Origin: Ignavibacteria bacterium
GTDB taxonomy: Bacteria > Bacteroidota > Ignavibacteria > Tepidaquicellales > OLB5
Reading direction: 5' to 3'
Assembly: GCA_041917655.1 (NCBI GenBank)
Contig: JAYRXC010000024.1
Coordinates: 1,426-65,425 of the forward strand
DNA: 64,000 bases
The notes beneath the pieces are model-generated. The model saw only the letters and a list, made by a program, of their open reading frames with translations, searched no databases and had not been told where the DNA came from. Positions 48,286 to 58,284 of the stretch are shown piece after piece. The stretch's first letter is position 1. Each line of letters begins with the position of its first letter. A program made the position numbers and the translations under genes.

Positions 48286-49671
48286 TTGTCCGAAAAAAAA
48301 CAACATAGAGCAGTAATAGAAGTCGACCAGCAGCTACTGAGTGATATTTCAGACCTCGTTGGCAGCAAGTCAGAAACACTGCTCAAAAATATCCTGGCCG
48401 ATATTTACCCTGCGGATATTGCGCTTATTATAGATAACCTGGAAGAACAGGAAGGCCTCGGGCTGTTCAAGCTTCTGGATGATGAAACGCAGGCTGAAGT
48501 GCTGCTTGAGCTTGGCGAATACCAGAAGGAATTCATACTTGACCACCTCTCGACCGGTGAGATCAGCGGGATAGTTGGTGAGATGGATTCCGATGACGCG
48601 ACCGATATCATTGGCGACCTCGAGGAAGATAAGGCCGAAGATGTGCTTGGGCAGATGGAAGCCGAAGACTCCAGCGAAGTTAAGGAGCTGCTTAACTACC
48701 CTGAAGACTCCGCCGGCGGTATCATGCAGAAGGAGTATGTTACTGTTAATGCTGCAGACTCTATTAACCGCGCCGTTGAGATCATCCGTGAAGAAGCACC
48801 GGATAACGAGCACCTGTACCATGTTTGGGTAACCGATGATTCCGGCAGGCTTCAGGGAATTGTATCGCTGAAAAAAATTATTGTTGCGCTCGATACACCT
48901 TCGGTTATCATGGCGGATATTATGTCTACCGAGGTAATTTCCGTTACAGTTGATACTGATAGAGAAGAAGTAGCCTCGATTATGAGGAAATATGACCTTG
49001 TATCTGTACCCGTTGTTGATGAGAACCAGAGAGTTGCGGGAAAGATTTCGTTCGATGATATCGCCGAGATCATGGAAGAAGAGTTTACCGAAGATGTAGC
49101 AAAGATCGTCGGTTCTGATGCAGAAGAGCTTGAAAGCAAATCGCCGTTCCAGGTTGCATGGCTGAGGCTTCCGTGGGTTCTCATTACGCTCGGAATTCAG
49201 TTTCTCGCTGGTGTGGTGATAAATTATTATGATGAAACACTCGCAAAAGTCCTGCTGTTAACTTCGTTCATGCCGATCATTTCGGCTATTTCGGGCAATA
49301 CCGGTTTGCAGGCTTCAGCTATGACAGTTCGCGCGCTCGCAACAGGCGGCATATCCCTTAACCGATGGGCTGAACCGGTGAAACGTTCACTGCAGATAAG
49401 CCTCATAATTGGTTCAATTTGCGGCTTAATTATTGGGCTTATAGGGGCGTTCTGGTTCGGCAAAGCAATATTCGGTGTGGTTGTTGGAATTTCTATGCTG
49501 ATCTCAATCAATATATCAGCATTTGTCGGCACTACAACTCCCCTGCTTTCCAAAAGAATGGGATTCGACCCGGCAATAACCGTCGGCCCATTCGAAACAG
49601 CATTCCAGGATGTTGTAGGTATTACGGTTTTCCTTACGCTTTCAACTTTTGCTCTCAGGTGGCTGCTTTGA
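48286..49671 (+). CDS. mgtE: Magnesium transporter MgtE (start codon uncertain, TTG)
   Basis: Acidic N-domain, tandem CBS domains ('MQKEYVTV...', 'VPVVDENQRVAGKISFDDI'), and a C-terminal MgtE TM domain ('LTSFMPIISAISGNTGLQ', 'DPAITVGPFETAFQDVVG'). Confidence 0.9.
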   Translation: MSEKKQHRAVIEVDQQLLSDISDLVGSKSETLLKNILADIYPADIALIIDNLEEQEGLGLFKLLDDETQAEVLLELGEYQKEFILDHLSTGEISGIVGEMDSDDATDIIGDLEEDKAEDVLGQMEAEDSSEVKELLNYPEDSAGGIMQKEYVTVNAADSINRAVEIIREEAPDNEHLYHVWVTDDSGRLQGIVSLKKIIVALDTPSVIMADIMSTEVISVTVDTDREEVASIMRKYDLVSVPVVDENQRVAGKISFDDIAEIMEEEFTEDVAKIVGSDAEELESKSPFQVAWLRLPWVLITLGIQFLAGVVINYYDETLAKVLLLTSFMPIISAISGNTGLQASAMTVRALATGGISLNRWAEPVKRSLQISLIIGSICGLIIGLIGAFWFGKAIFGVVVGISMLISINISAFVGTTTPLLSKRMGFDPAITVGPFETAFQDVVGITVFLTLSTFALRWLL

Positions 49672-49752
49672 CCGGCTGCATATTAAATTGTAACAACGAT
49701 CAGAAAAAGTATATTTAAATACCTCATCCCCGCAGATATTGTAACGCAGAGC

Positions 49753-50655
49753 ATGCTGCTGATACTTACATCTATATTTGCGTACCATAACAGCACGATC
49801 AGATTCTGGTTTGTGTTCTGTGGGATTAATTTGGTTTTGATATGGTTCATCTGGCGGCTGGCTGATTCATACGGAAGAAAAACCGAATCAGTTAAGGATG
49901 AAAATATCAGGAACAGCTCTCCCCTCAAAATACTGCGCTATTGGTACGGTGTAGCAGCGATACTATATATATTCAAGCAAGTGTATATAATCGTATTTTC
50001 GCTTAAGCCTATGGACTGGGATAGTGTATTTATGCGGATGGACTTCGGTTTGTTCGGACTGAATCCGACTCAATGGGCTTACCAGTTCGCAAATCCATAC
50101 CTTACAGAGTTCCTGCAGATCGTTTACCTGTATTATTACCCTATGATAGTTGTGTTCGGGCTGGAATTATATCTCGGGCACAGGTATAAGGAATTCAAAT
50201 ATACCATATTCATTCTGTTCTTCAGCTTCTTCCTCAGCTATATACTCTATCTCTTTTTTCCGGCAAACGGGCCGCGTTTCCACCTGCATGATTTCTACTC
50301 AATAAACTCGGAGCTGCCGGGAATATTTTTAACCGAACATTTGCGGAATTTCATAAACTTCGGGGAGTCAATACCGCCGGGGGTGGTTAACCCGCAGGAC
50401 TATGTACAGCGTGATGCGATGCCAAGCCTGCACACCATCACGGCATTTTTGATAATGTACCTCTCTTTCAAGTTCAGGTCAAAATCATTTTACTTCTACC
50501 TTCCTTATTTTTTCTGCATGGTTGCGGCTACAATATACCTGAGGTATCACTACGTAGTGGATATTTTTGGCGGACTGATAATCTGCGCCTTTACGATAAT
50601 GATGGGCATGCTTGTTTACAGGAACAGGGAAATCCTTACAGTTAAAAATACCTGA
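49753..50655 (+). CDS. PAP2-superfamily membrane protein (lipid phosphatase / phosphotransferase-like)
   Basis: Multi-TM protein with C-terminal PAP2 motifs 'MPSLHT' and 'RYHYVVDIFGG'. Confidence 0.7.
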   Translation: MLLILTSIFAYHNSTIRFWFVFCGINLVLIWFIWRLADSYGRKTESVKDENIRNSSPLKILRYWYGVAAILYIFKQVYIIVFSLKPMDWDSVFMRMDFGLFGLNPTQWAYQFANPYLTEFLQIVYLYYYPMIVVFGLELYLGHRYKEFKYTIFILFFSFFLSYILYLFFPANGPRFHLHDFYSINSELPGIFLTEHLRNFINFGESIPPGVVNPQDYVQRDAMPSLHTITAFLIMYLSFKFRSKSFYFYLPYFFCMVAATIYLRYHYVVDIFGGLIICAFTIMMGMLVYRNREILTVKNT

Positions 50656-51694
50656 AAACTATTTTTTGAGCAACTAGTCCCGGAACCAATGGCTTTGTTC
50701 GTTTAACTACCCCGCTTGTCCCGTCAATTATTACCAAGAATCCGTTACTGTGCCACAATCCCAAATACAGTTCATTTGCGCTTGATTCATAAGCAATAGT
50801 CTGTATATTTTCTACTGAGGCAGCGGTGTATATTTTAGTGAAGACAAAAGTACCTGAATTAGCGGCTGCAAGCCATACTTCATTCCCGCCAACGACCGAA
50901 TAAAAACTGTTCTGTGTTCTAAATTCAAGCACATTGATGCCAAATGATGCTGAAGGTACAGCAAATGAATCAGTTATAGTTACAGTTGGCGGATCTACTC
51001 TGTAAATATTTTTGTTAGTATTTGTCGAAATAAAAATTCCGTTCACATTGTAGATCGCACTCACAGGCACAGCAGGAAAGAACTGCTTTGTTACCGCATA
51101 GTTAGTTTCATCAATAAATGCCGTTGAGGGTTCGTTATTCAGCGCAGATCTTGTTACAATGTACTTGTTGAAACCGTACAATACGTTTGCCGGATTGCTC
51201 CCAACTTCAACCGTATCCTTAATAATATTAAAATCCAGATCGAGCACTGTAATATTCGTACTGCCTGAATTGCCAACAACAATTCTGTTGTTGTTTATCG
51301 CAAATCCTTTTGGGGCATTCCCGAAATATAGTGAATCTTCTATACCATTGCTTACTGGATCAATTTTATAAATTGTTCCGTTACTTCCGGGGTTTCCGCT
51401 GGATGTTAAGTATATTTTTCTGTCTGAATTCAACTTCATATCACCCGGGTTGCCCTGTAGTGTCTTTCCGGAATTAAATGTTCTGAAAACATTATCAGTA
51501 ACCGAATCCCTGGCAGCATCATAATATGCATAATCAGTGAATGCAGGCGCGCCATAAAGTATATAAGCCCCCGCCAATGGATTACCGGCTGAATTATTTA
51601 CTGTCGGCCCCTCTGAATCGCCGCATGCAGCCAGGATAATAGTAAAGCAGAGCATCAGGCTATGCAAAATTGATTTTGTTATGGAGTATTTCAT
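50642..51694 (-). CDS. Beta-propeller (YncE-like) lipoprotein, paralogue of 60854..61945
   Basis: I prefer the ATG at 51694, which gives a lipoprotein signal (MLCFTIILAAC-GDS). Shares 'GTIYKI(D/N)P', 'ITVLD..(F/L)NII.D...VGSNP' and a C-terminal 'K(I/M)(V/A)F(R/K)Y' with the riboswitch-linked paralogue. Confidence 0.75.
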   Translation of the reverse strand: MKYSITKSILHSLMLCFTIILAACGDSEGPTVNNSAGNPLAGAYILYGAPAFTDYAYYDAARDSVTDNVFRTFNSGKTLQGNPGDMKLNSDRKIYLTSSGNPGSNGTIYKIDPVSNGIEDSLYFGNAPKGFAINNNRIVVGNSGSTNITVLDLDFNIIKDTVEVGSNPANVLYGFNKYIVTRSALNNEPSTAFIDETNYAVTKQFFPAVPVSAIYNVNGIFISTNTNKNIYRVDPPTVTITDSFAVPSASFGINVLEFRTQNSFYSVVGGNEVWLAAANSGTFVFTKIYTAASVENIQTIAYESSANELYLGLWHSNGFLVIIDGTSGVVKRTKPLVPGLVAQKIVFRYF

Positions 51695-51753
51695 CTTAAG
51701 GTGTATTAGAATTTTGTATGAGGATTTTTTTTGAATAATGGTTTTCTTTTTTT

Positions 51754-51872
51754 CCGTTTCACGTTTGACGTTTGACATTTCACGTTTGACGTTTGACATT
51801 TCACGTTTGATGTTTGACATTTCACGTTTGACGTTTCACATTTCACGTTTCACATTTCACATTTCACGTTTC
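51754..51872. repeat. Heptamer tandem array (about 17 copies of acRtttS, with the first 9 organised as three 21-bp units)
   Basis: Counted from the sequence: acgtttg acgtttg acatttc, three times (the third unit has atgtttg), then acgtttg acgtttc acatttc acgtttc acatttc acatttc acgtttc. Two further 'ttttgacatttg' copies lie at 51906-51917 and 51920-51931. Confidence 0.9.
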
Positions 51873-51934
51873 ATGCCCGACTTCCGTTTTCTGAAAATTT
51901 GGAAGTTTTGACATTTGGATTTTGACATTTGTCA

Positions 51935-52621
51935 TTAATACTCTATTCCTTTTCTCGCCTGTATGCCTTTATCAAAATAGTGTTTCACTTTCCTGTTCTC
52001 GGTAATCAGGTCAACGCGTTCTTCAAGTCCCTCAAACAGCTTATGACCGGTCATAATAAGCTCGAACCTTCTGTTTTTATCGTACAGGTCGAGAATTTCA
52101 AATACATCCTTTTCTTCTATCAAGTGATAATTTGCTGCGGCAACAAATTCATCAAGCACCAATATATCCTGTTTGCCGTTAACGATGAGATCTCTTACGA
52201 TACCCAGAGCGCGCTTAGCTTCTTCAAAATCCTCTTCTGCGTTTTTGAAGCGGAAAGTGCCGTCTTCATTCATACGCTCGCATCCGCTTGAATATATTTC
52301 AACAGGATAACCTTGTTCTTTAAGCTTAAGAAATATCCGGCGCTCGAAATAATGCTCCTTTGCCTGGTCCTGCCCTTTATCGAACTCCACAATAGCCACG
52401 CTCATCCCGGCGCCTAATGCGCGGAAAGCGAGTCCGACAGCGGCTGTAGTTTTTCCTTTGCCGTAGCCGTAATATAAGTGTGACTGGTGTTTTGCTTCGT
52501 CAGGGAGCTTGTTGTATTCTTCCAGGACCTTTTGAACTTTTTCGCGGTACTTTTTGCCGCCGGCTTTTTTCGCTTCTTCTATAGAAACCTTTTTACCGCC
52601 TGAGAGATTTTTACCGCTCAT
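51935..52621 (-). CDS. cobO: Cob(I)yrinic acid a,c-diamide / cob(I)alamin adenosyltransferase (CobO/BtuR type)
   Basis: 'YYGYGKGKTTAAVGLAFRALGAGMSVAIVEFDKG' P-loop motif, 'LDEF..A' and 'ELIMTG'. A Lys-rich N-terminal extension is present. Confidence 0.9.
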   Translation of the reverse strand: MSGKNLSGGKKVSIEEAKKAGGKKYREKVQKVLEEYNKLPDEAKHQSHLYYGYGKGKTTAAVGLAFRALGAGMSVAIVEFDKGQDQAKEHYFERRIFLKLKEQGYPVEIYSSGCERMNEDGTFRFKNAEEDFEEAKRALGIVRDLIVNGKQDILVLDEFVAAANYHLIEEKDVFEILDLYDKNRRFELIMTGHKLFEGLEERVDLITENRKVKHYFDKGIQARKGIEY

Positions 52622-52636
52622 AAAGACTGGTCCGAT

Positions 52637-53140
52637 CTACTTATCAATTGTAAAATCTATTGTGATGGTTTTTCCGCCCAGGTCAAGCTGGCGGTAAGTT
52701 ACTTTGGCAAGATCCAGCATTTTTTTTGATGCCTTAACGCTGTCGGTCTCTTTGTATTTATCAGAGAGGTAGATTATTTCTTTTACACCGGATTGGATTA
52801 TCAGCTTTGTGCACTCATTGCAGGGAAAAAGCGCTACATATATCCTTGAGCCATGCAGGTCTTTAGTGGAGTTAAGTATGGCATTGGCTTCGGCGTGTAC
52901 CACATAGGGATACTTAGTCTCATTGGTTTCCTCAGAGGTTTTGCCCCAGGGTAGCTGGTCGTCATCACAGCCAATTGGGAATCCGTTGTAACCGATACCA
53001 ACTATCTTATTGTATTGGTTAACAATGCATGCGCCGACCTGCGTACTGGGATCTTTGCTCCGCTTTGCGGAAAGCAATGCGATCCCCATAAAATACTCAT
53101 CCCACGAAATGTAATCCTGTCTTTTCATTTCACTTTCCAT
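52637..53140 (-). CDS. Deoxycytidylate (dCMP) deaminase
   Basis: 'SWDEYFM..A.L.A.RS.DP..QVGA', zinc motifs 'VHAEANAI' and 'PCNECTKLI'. Confidence 0.9.
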   Translation of the reverse strand: MESEMKRQDYISWDEYFMGIALLSAKRSKDPSTQVGACIVNQYNKIVGIGYNGFPIGCDDDQLPWGKTSEETNETKYPYVVHAEANAILNSTKDLHGSRIYVALFPCNECTKLIIQSGVKEIIYLSDKYKETDSVKASKKMLDLAKVTYRQLDLGGKTITIDFTIDK

Positions 53141-53212
53141 TCCCGCGCAGGCGGGCTTTTGTCAATCCCGCTCAGGCAGCTTTTTGTCATTCCCGCAAAG
53201 GCGGGAATCTCC
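53138..53212. repeat. Three tandem REP-like hairpins, family A variants
   Basis: cattcccgcgcaggcgggc / gtcaatcccgctcaggcagc / gtcattcccgcaaaggcgggaatc, each preceded by 'ttttg'. They lie immediately upstream of the dCMP deaminase start. Confidence 0.7.
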
Positions 53213-53310
53213 AGTTCCAATTAATCCATAATCACCCATATAAAAATAATCTCAACTCAGTAGCACAGACATTTAGAAGAGCACTTTCGTGACCTGTCTG
53301 TGTAAATCAA

Positions 53311-53844
53311 TCAAGCATACTTCTTCAACTCCTCATTCATCTCTTCAAGGGTGCCGTCATTTATCACGGTATAATCAGTATAGGCAATCGGGCCTCCCTT
53401 ATCAAGCTTCTCTATCTCGCTGATATCCCTGCTTTTTGATTCATCATTAGTCAGCGGGCGGAAAGGCCTCTTCAGCAGCCTTTCATACCTCAAAGCCTTG
53501 GTTGTATATATCGTCAAGAGCTTAAATGCTTCGCCAAACTTATCCTTCAGTATTTTGAACTCTTCCCATGAGTAAAGGCTTTCAACCACCACATTGTGTT
53601 CCTTCAGAAATTCCTCTATAAGCGGCAGACTCTTAACAGCCATTGCTCCCATGCCGAATTCTTTCCGCAAATTTTCGCGGGTAGCCCGTTCATTGGCTTC
53701 GTTGACCTCAAGTCCCAGCCTTTTCATTTCATTCATCACAACTTCACCGAAATAAACGCGTTTAAAGCCCTTATCAACAAAGAACTTCACAGCCTCGCTT
53801 TTTCCTGATCCGCACATGCCAACAACGGCAATTATTTTATTCAA
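53311..53844 (-). CDS. P-loop nucleotide/nucleoside kinase-like protein (dephospho-CoA kinase / dNMP kinase-like)
   Basis: Walker A 'VVGMCGSGKSE', small size (177 aa), and a helical lid region. Substrate specificity cannot be read from the sequence. Confidence 0.6.
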   Translation of the reverse strand: MNKIIAVVGMCGSGKSEAVKFFVDKGFKRVYFGEVVMNEMKRLGLEVNEANERATRENLRKEFGMGAMAVKSLPLIEEFLKEHNVVVESLYSWEEFKILKDKFGEAFKLLTIYTTKALRYERLLKRPFRPLTNDESKSRDISEIEKLDKGGPIAYTDYTVINDGTLEEMNEELKKYA

Positions 53845-53874
53845 TTAAATACCTCGCTTTGGCAGCAAAAAAAA

Positions 53875-54066
53875 TTATTCAATAACGGGTTCGAATTCTG
53901 TTCCACCCGTTTTAAGCATCTTCTTTACATAGGGCAGGCATAGCCTGCAGTTTACACCAAATGTAACATACTCTCTAAGCTTATCCGGTGTGCTTACACC
54001 GTGCTTCTCTGCGATCTTCTTCATCTCTGAAAATAATATATCCGAACAAACACATTTTATGACCAT
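53875..54066 (-). CDS. BFD-like [2Fe-2S]-binding domain protein
   Basis: I prefer the ATG at 54066 (MVIKCVCSD...). The Cys pattern C-x-C ... C-x-x-C ('KCVCSD', 'NCRLCLP') is typical of bacterioferritin-associated ferredoxin-like domains. Confidence 0.65.
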   Translation of the reverse strand: MVIKCVCSDILFSEMKKIAEKHGVSTPDKLREYVTFGVNCRLCLPYVKKMLKTGGTEFEPVIE

Positions 54067-54077
54067 TTGCTCCCGAC

Positions 54078-54323
54078 TTATAACTTCCTCAAAAAAACCG
54101 GGCAAAAATCGTAACCATTTGGCCAGGTCACAGAGCCATTATCTAAATATACTTTGTTAAAAAAATCAATATCCCTGAGATCAGCGGAAATTCCTCCATC
54201 AATAAATGGCTTTATATCAATATTCTTAACCATCCCATCATCAAACTGTATATTAATTGAATAGTCCCCTAATGGTTCAACTTTGATGATATCGTGTATG
54301 ATCGATTTCTCTATTGTACTCAT
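54078..54323 (-). CDS. DUF2442-like small protein
   Basis: 81 aa with 'I.FDDG....D......' and a C-terminal 'V.WPNG.D..P' pattern that I recognise as DUF2442. Overlaps the upstream DUF4160-like gene by 4 nt. Confidence 0.7.
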   Translation of the reverse strand: MSTIEKSIIHDIIKVEPLGDYSINIQFDDGMVKNIDIKPFIDGGISADLRDIDFFNKVYLDNGSVTWPNGYDFCPVFLRKL

Positions 54324-54580
54324 ACAAGCGGGTCAATTTTATTTAATATCTTTTTTTCTCTTGCCAAATTCCAATCGGTAATCAGTTCATCCCTGTGTTC
54401 GGTGGCCCATTCAAGTACCAAAGAATAAACTCTTCGTGGAAGCCTTCCCTCTTTAACCTCAAGTGTTTCGATCAAGATCTCAGCCTTATAATCATTGTAT
54501 TCTGCGTGAAAATGCGGTGGAGCATGTTCATTGTAGAACATCTTAATAATTATACCAAGAAATCTGCTTATCTCCGGCAT
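54320..54580 (-). CDS. DUF4160-like small protein
   Basis: 'MPEISRFLGIIIKMFYNEHAPPHFHAEY' is the characteristic DUF4160 N-terminus. Starts 1 nt after the metH stop. Confidence 0.8.
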   Translation of the reverse strand: MPEISRFLGIIIKMFYNEHAPPHFHAEYNDYKAEILIETLEVKEGRLPRRVYSLVLEWATEHRDELITDWNLAREKKILNKIDPLV

Positions 54581-54581
54581 C

Positions 54582-57500
54582 TTATATTAATTCTTTTTCC
54601 GTTCTTTCATATGCCAGTATCGGGGCAAGCCATCTTTCAATCTCCTCAACAGGCATGTTCTTCCGGCGCGCGTAATCTTCAACCTGGTCGCGGTTTATCT
54701 TGCCTACATTGAAATACTTTGATTCAGGATGCGAAAAATACAATCCGCTCACCGCTGATGCAGGATACATCGCAAATGATTCAGTAAGCTTAATACCGGT
54801 ATTCTCTTCCACTTCCAGCAGGTCAAAAATTACCTGCTTTTCGGTGTGGTCAGGCTGCGCGGGATAACCCGGTGCAGGCCTTATGCCATCATATTTTTCC
54901 GCTATCAGGTCTTCTGGGCTTAAGTTCTCATTTTTCGAGTAGCCCCAAAGCTCCTTCCTCACCATTTCATGCATCAGCTCGGCAAATGCCTCGGCAAGCC
55001 TGTCTGCAAGCGCCTTGGTCATTATGCTGCTGTAATCGTCATGCTCTTTGTGGAATCTTTCAAGCAGTGATTCAATGCCAATACCCGTGGTAACTGCGAA
55101 GCATCCGATGTAATCTTTTATACCGGTGGATTCAGGCGCTATCAGATCCGAAAGTGCATAATACGGCTCCCGGTTTGTCTTCTCTGCCTGCTGCCTTATT
55201 GTATGTAAAACTGCAATTGTTTCCTTGCGCTTATCGTTTGTGTAAAGATTTATATCATCACCCTCGGAGTTGGCCGGATAAAATCCAACCACTGCATTTG
55301 CCTTAAGCCATTTGTTTGAAATTATCTCATCAAGCAAACGGTTAGCGTCATCAAAAAGCTTTTTGGCTTCACTTCCGTAGTTTGTGTCGTAAAATATCTT
55401 TGGATACTTGCCCTTCATTTCCCATGTCTGGAAAAACGGGGTCCAGTCGATCCTTTCTCTTATCTTCTCAAGCGGGAAATCTTCAAAAACCTTATTCCCT
55501 GTAAAGCTTGGCTTGGTGATCTTCGTACTCTTCCAATTGATCTTCAATCCCCTGCTGCGCGCTTCTTCAATTGTAAGGAATTTTTTATTATCCTTCCTGC
55601 CCTTGTGCGAAATACGCATTCTCTCATATTCCTGCTTAATGGAACCGATAAATCCTTCGCGGTTATCCTTGTTCATTAAGCTGCCGGCCACTGTTACACT
55701 GCGTGATGCATCGAGTACGTGAACTGTTGGGTTAGAATAATTCGGCGCTATCTTCACTGCGGCGTGTATCTTCGAGGTAGTTGCACCGCCGATAAGCAGC
55801 GGCACTTTGAATCCCTGCCGCTCCATTTCCTTTGCAACATGTACCATCTCGTCGAGTGAAGGCGTTATGAGTCCGCTTAACCCGATTATATCAACATTCT
55901 TTTCTTTTGCTATCTGCAGTATCTTATCAGCCGGCACCATCACACCGAGATCGATAACTTCGTAGTTATTGCAGCCAAGCACGACGCCAACGATATTTTT
56001 ACCAATATCATGAACATCGCCTTTAACAGTTGCAAGAAGTATTCTGCCGTTGATGCTTGATGAGCCTGCGGCTTTTGCAGCCTCAATATAAGGTGTAAGG
56101 TAAGCAACGGATTTCTTCATAACCCTCGCGCTTTTTACCACCTGCGGCAGGAACATTTTTCCTGCGCCGAACAGATCGCCAACAACATTCATACCGTCCA
56201 TTAACGGACCTTCGATTACATCAAGCGGCTGTGGGTATTTTTGACGCGCTTCTTCTGTGTCAACTTCAATAAACTCTACAATACCTTTAATCAGCGCGTG
56301 CTTAAGCCGCTCTTCTACGGGAGCATCACGCCACTTGTTATCCTGCTCAATTACTTTGCCCTTTGTTTTGATGGTATCCGCAAACTGAACAAGCCTCTCT
56401 GTTGCATCAGCGCGCCTGTTGAGCAATACGTCTTCCACCAGCTCCAGCAGGTCTTTGGGTATCTCATCATAAACTTCTATCATACCCGCGTTAACAATGC
56501 CCATATCCATTCCCGCTTTGATAGCGTGGTAAAGGAATGCTGAGTGCATTGCTTCCCTTACAACATTATTGCCGCGGAAGGAAAACGAAATATTGCTTAC
56601 GCCGCCGCTTACTTTTGCCAGCGGCAGATTCTCTTTTATCCACTTAGTCGCCCTTATATAATCAACGGCATAATTATTATGCTCATCAATACCGGTTGCA
56701 ACAGTTAAAATGTTCGGGTCAAAAATTATGTCCTGCGGCGCAAAGCCGACTTTTTTAGTCAATATATCATAACATCTTTTGCAGATCTCGATCCTTCTTT
56801 CGTAGCTATCAGCCTGTCCCTGTTCATCAAATGCCATCACAATAACTGCTGCGCCGTAAAGCTTAACCTTCCGGGCATGCTCTATGAATTTCTCTTCACC
56901 TTCTTTAAGGCTGATAGAGTTAACAATTCCTTTTCCCTGCAGGCATTTCAGGCCAGCTTCGATGATCTCCCATTTGGAAGAATCAAGCATAACGGGAACT
57001 CTTGCAATATCCGGCTCAACGGCAGTCAGCTTAAGGAATTTCTCCATGGCGGCAACGCCGTCTATCATACCCTCGTCCATATTAATATCAATGACCTGCG
57101 CACCGCTCTCGACCTGCTGAAGCGCAACACTTAACGCCTCTTCATAATTCTCTTCCCTAATCAGCTTGGCAAACTTTGCCGAGCCTGTAATATTTGTACG
57201 TTCACCGATATTTACAAAATTGGTTTGCGGCGTAACGTTCAGCGGCTCAAGTCCGCTAAGCCTTAAATACTGCTCTACTTCAGGCAGCTTTCTGGGCGGA
57301 ATATCCTTTACAAACTCTGCTATCTTAGCGATATGGTCCGGTGTAGTTCCGCAGCAGCCGCCAACCAGATTCAGGAAACCGCTTTCACCGAATTCCTTCA
57401 GGTAAGCGGCCGTTTCTTCGGGCAGCTCATCATAGCCGCCGAATGCGTTAGGCAATCCGGCATTTGGATAGCAGCTAATGTACATATTAGCCTTTTCCGA

Positions 57501-58274
57501 AAGCTCTTCGATGTACGGGCGCATTTCTTTTGCGCCAAGCGAGCAGTTAAGCCCGATGCTGAAAATTCCGGCATGCGCAACAGAGTTCAGGAACGCTTCT
57601 ACAGTTTGGCCTGAAAGCGTTCTTCCGCTCATATCAACAATTGTACCCGAGACCATGATTGGGATCCTCTTTCCAATTCGGTCGAACAGCTCGTTAATGG
57701 CAAACAGCGCGGCTTTGCAGTTGAGAGTATCGAAAACTGTTTCTACAAGCAGCAGGTCAACTCCGCCATCTATCAGCCCTTTTGCGGCTTCCTGGTATGA
57801 CTCTTTGATCTGTTCAAAAGTAACAGCCCTGTAGCCCGGATCATTTACATCTGGAGACATTGAAAGGGTTTTGTTCATTGGCCCGATAGCCCCGGCAACC
57901 CAGCGGGGCTTATCCGGCGTTAACGCTGTGAATTTATCCGCGGCCTGTTTTGCAAGGCGCGCGGATTCAAAATTCATTTCATATACATATTCCTGTGTAT
58001 TGTAATCTGCCTGTGAGATCGAAGAGGAATTAAAAGTATTTGTGCCAACTATATCGCTTCCTGCCGCAAGGTACTGCTCATATATTTCTGATATGATCGC
58101 AGGCTGCGTTATGTTCAGGATATCATTGTTGCCCTTCAGGTCATTTGGGAAATCCCGAAACCGCTCGCCGCGAAAGCCCGCTTCATCAAGATTTTTCTTC
58201 TGGATCATTGTGCCGCGGGGGCCATCCAGCATTACTATTCTTTTGCTTAGCTCATCTTTTAATCGCTCTATCAT
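54582..58274 (-). CDS. metH: Cobalamin-dependent methionine synthase
   Basis: 1230 aa with all modules. Hcy-binding ('GGCCGTTP'), pterin-binding, B12-binding ('[11 protein letters not shown]', DxHxxG), and the AdoMet reactivation domain ('RPAPGYPA'). Confidence 0.97.
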   Translation of the reverse strand: MIERLKDELSKRIVMLDGPRGTMIQKKNLDEAGFRGERFRDFPNDLKGNNDILNITQPAIISEIYEQYLAAGSDIVGTNTFNSSSISQADYNTQEYVYEMNFESARLAKQAADKFTALTPDKPRWVAGAIGPMNKTLSMSPDVNDPGYRAVTFEQIKESYQEAAKGLIDGGVDLLLVETVFDTLNCKAALFAINELFDRIGKRIPIMVSGTIVDMSGRTLSGQTVEAFLNSVAHAGIFSIGLNCSLGAKEMRPYIEELSEKANMYISCYPNAGLPNAFGGYDELPEETAAYLKEFGESGFLNLVGGCCGTTPDHIAKIAEFVKDIPPRKLPEVEQYLRLSGLEPLNVTPQTNFVNIGERTNITGSAKFAKLIREENYEEALSVALQQVESGAQVIDINMDEGMIDGVAAMEKFLKLTAVEPDIARVPVMLDSSKWEIIEAGLKCLQGKGIVNSISLKEGEEKFIEHARKVKLYGAAVIVMAFDEQGQADSYERRIEICKRCYDILTKKVGFAPQDIIFDPNILTVATGIDEHNNYAVDYIRATKWIKENLPLAKVSGGVSNISFSFRGNNVVREAMHSAFLYHAIKAGMDMGIVNAGMIEVYDEIPKDLLELVEDVLLNRRADATERLVQFADTIKTKGKVIEQDNKWRDAPVEERLKHALIKGIVEFIEVDTEEARQKYPQPLDVIEGPLMDGMNVVGDLFGAGKMFLPQVVKSARVMKKSVAYLTPYIEAAKAAGSSSINGRILLATVKGDVHDIGKNIVGVVLGCNNYEVIDLGVMVPADKILQIAKEKNVDIIGLSGLITPSLDEMVHVAKEMERQGFKVPLLIGGATTSKIHAAVKIAPNYSNPTVHVLDASRSVTVAGSLMNKDNREGFIGSIKQEYERMRISHKGRKDNKKFLTIEEARSRGLKINWKSTKITKPSFTGNKVFEDFPLEKIRERIDWTPFFQTWEMKGKYPKIFYDTNYGSEAKKLFDDANRLLDEIISNKWLKANAVVGFYPANSEGDDINLYTNDKRKETIAVLHTIRQQAEKTNREPYYALSDLIAPESTGIKDYIGCFAVTTGIGIESLLERFHKEHDDYSSIMTKALADRLAEAFAELMHEMVRKELWGYSKNENLSPEDLIAEKYDGIRPAPGYPAQPDHTEKQVIFDLLEVEENTGIKLTESFAMYPASAVSGLYFSHPESKYFNVGKINRDQVEDYARRKNMPVEEIERWLAPILAYERTEKELI

Positions 58275-58284
58275 GAATGATGTT

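Noticed and set aside
51695-51820. A 42-codon N-terminal extension of the propeller lipoprotein ORF (MSNIKREMSNVKREMSNVKRE...)
   Set aside because: It is a translation of the heptamer array and would bury the lipoprotein signal peptide behind a charged leader. The ATG at 51694 gives a canonical signal plus lipobox, and the frame just upstream contains ATG-TGA stops.
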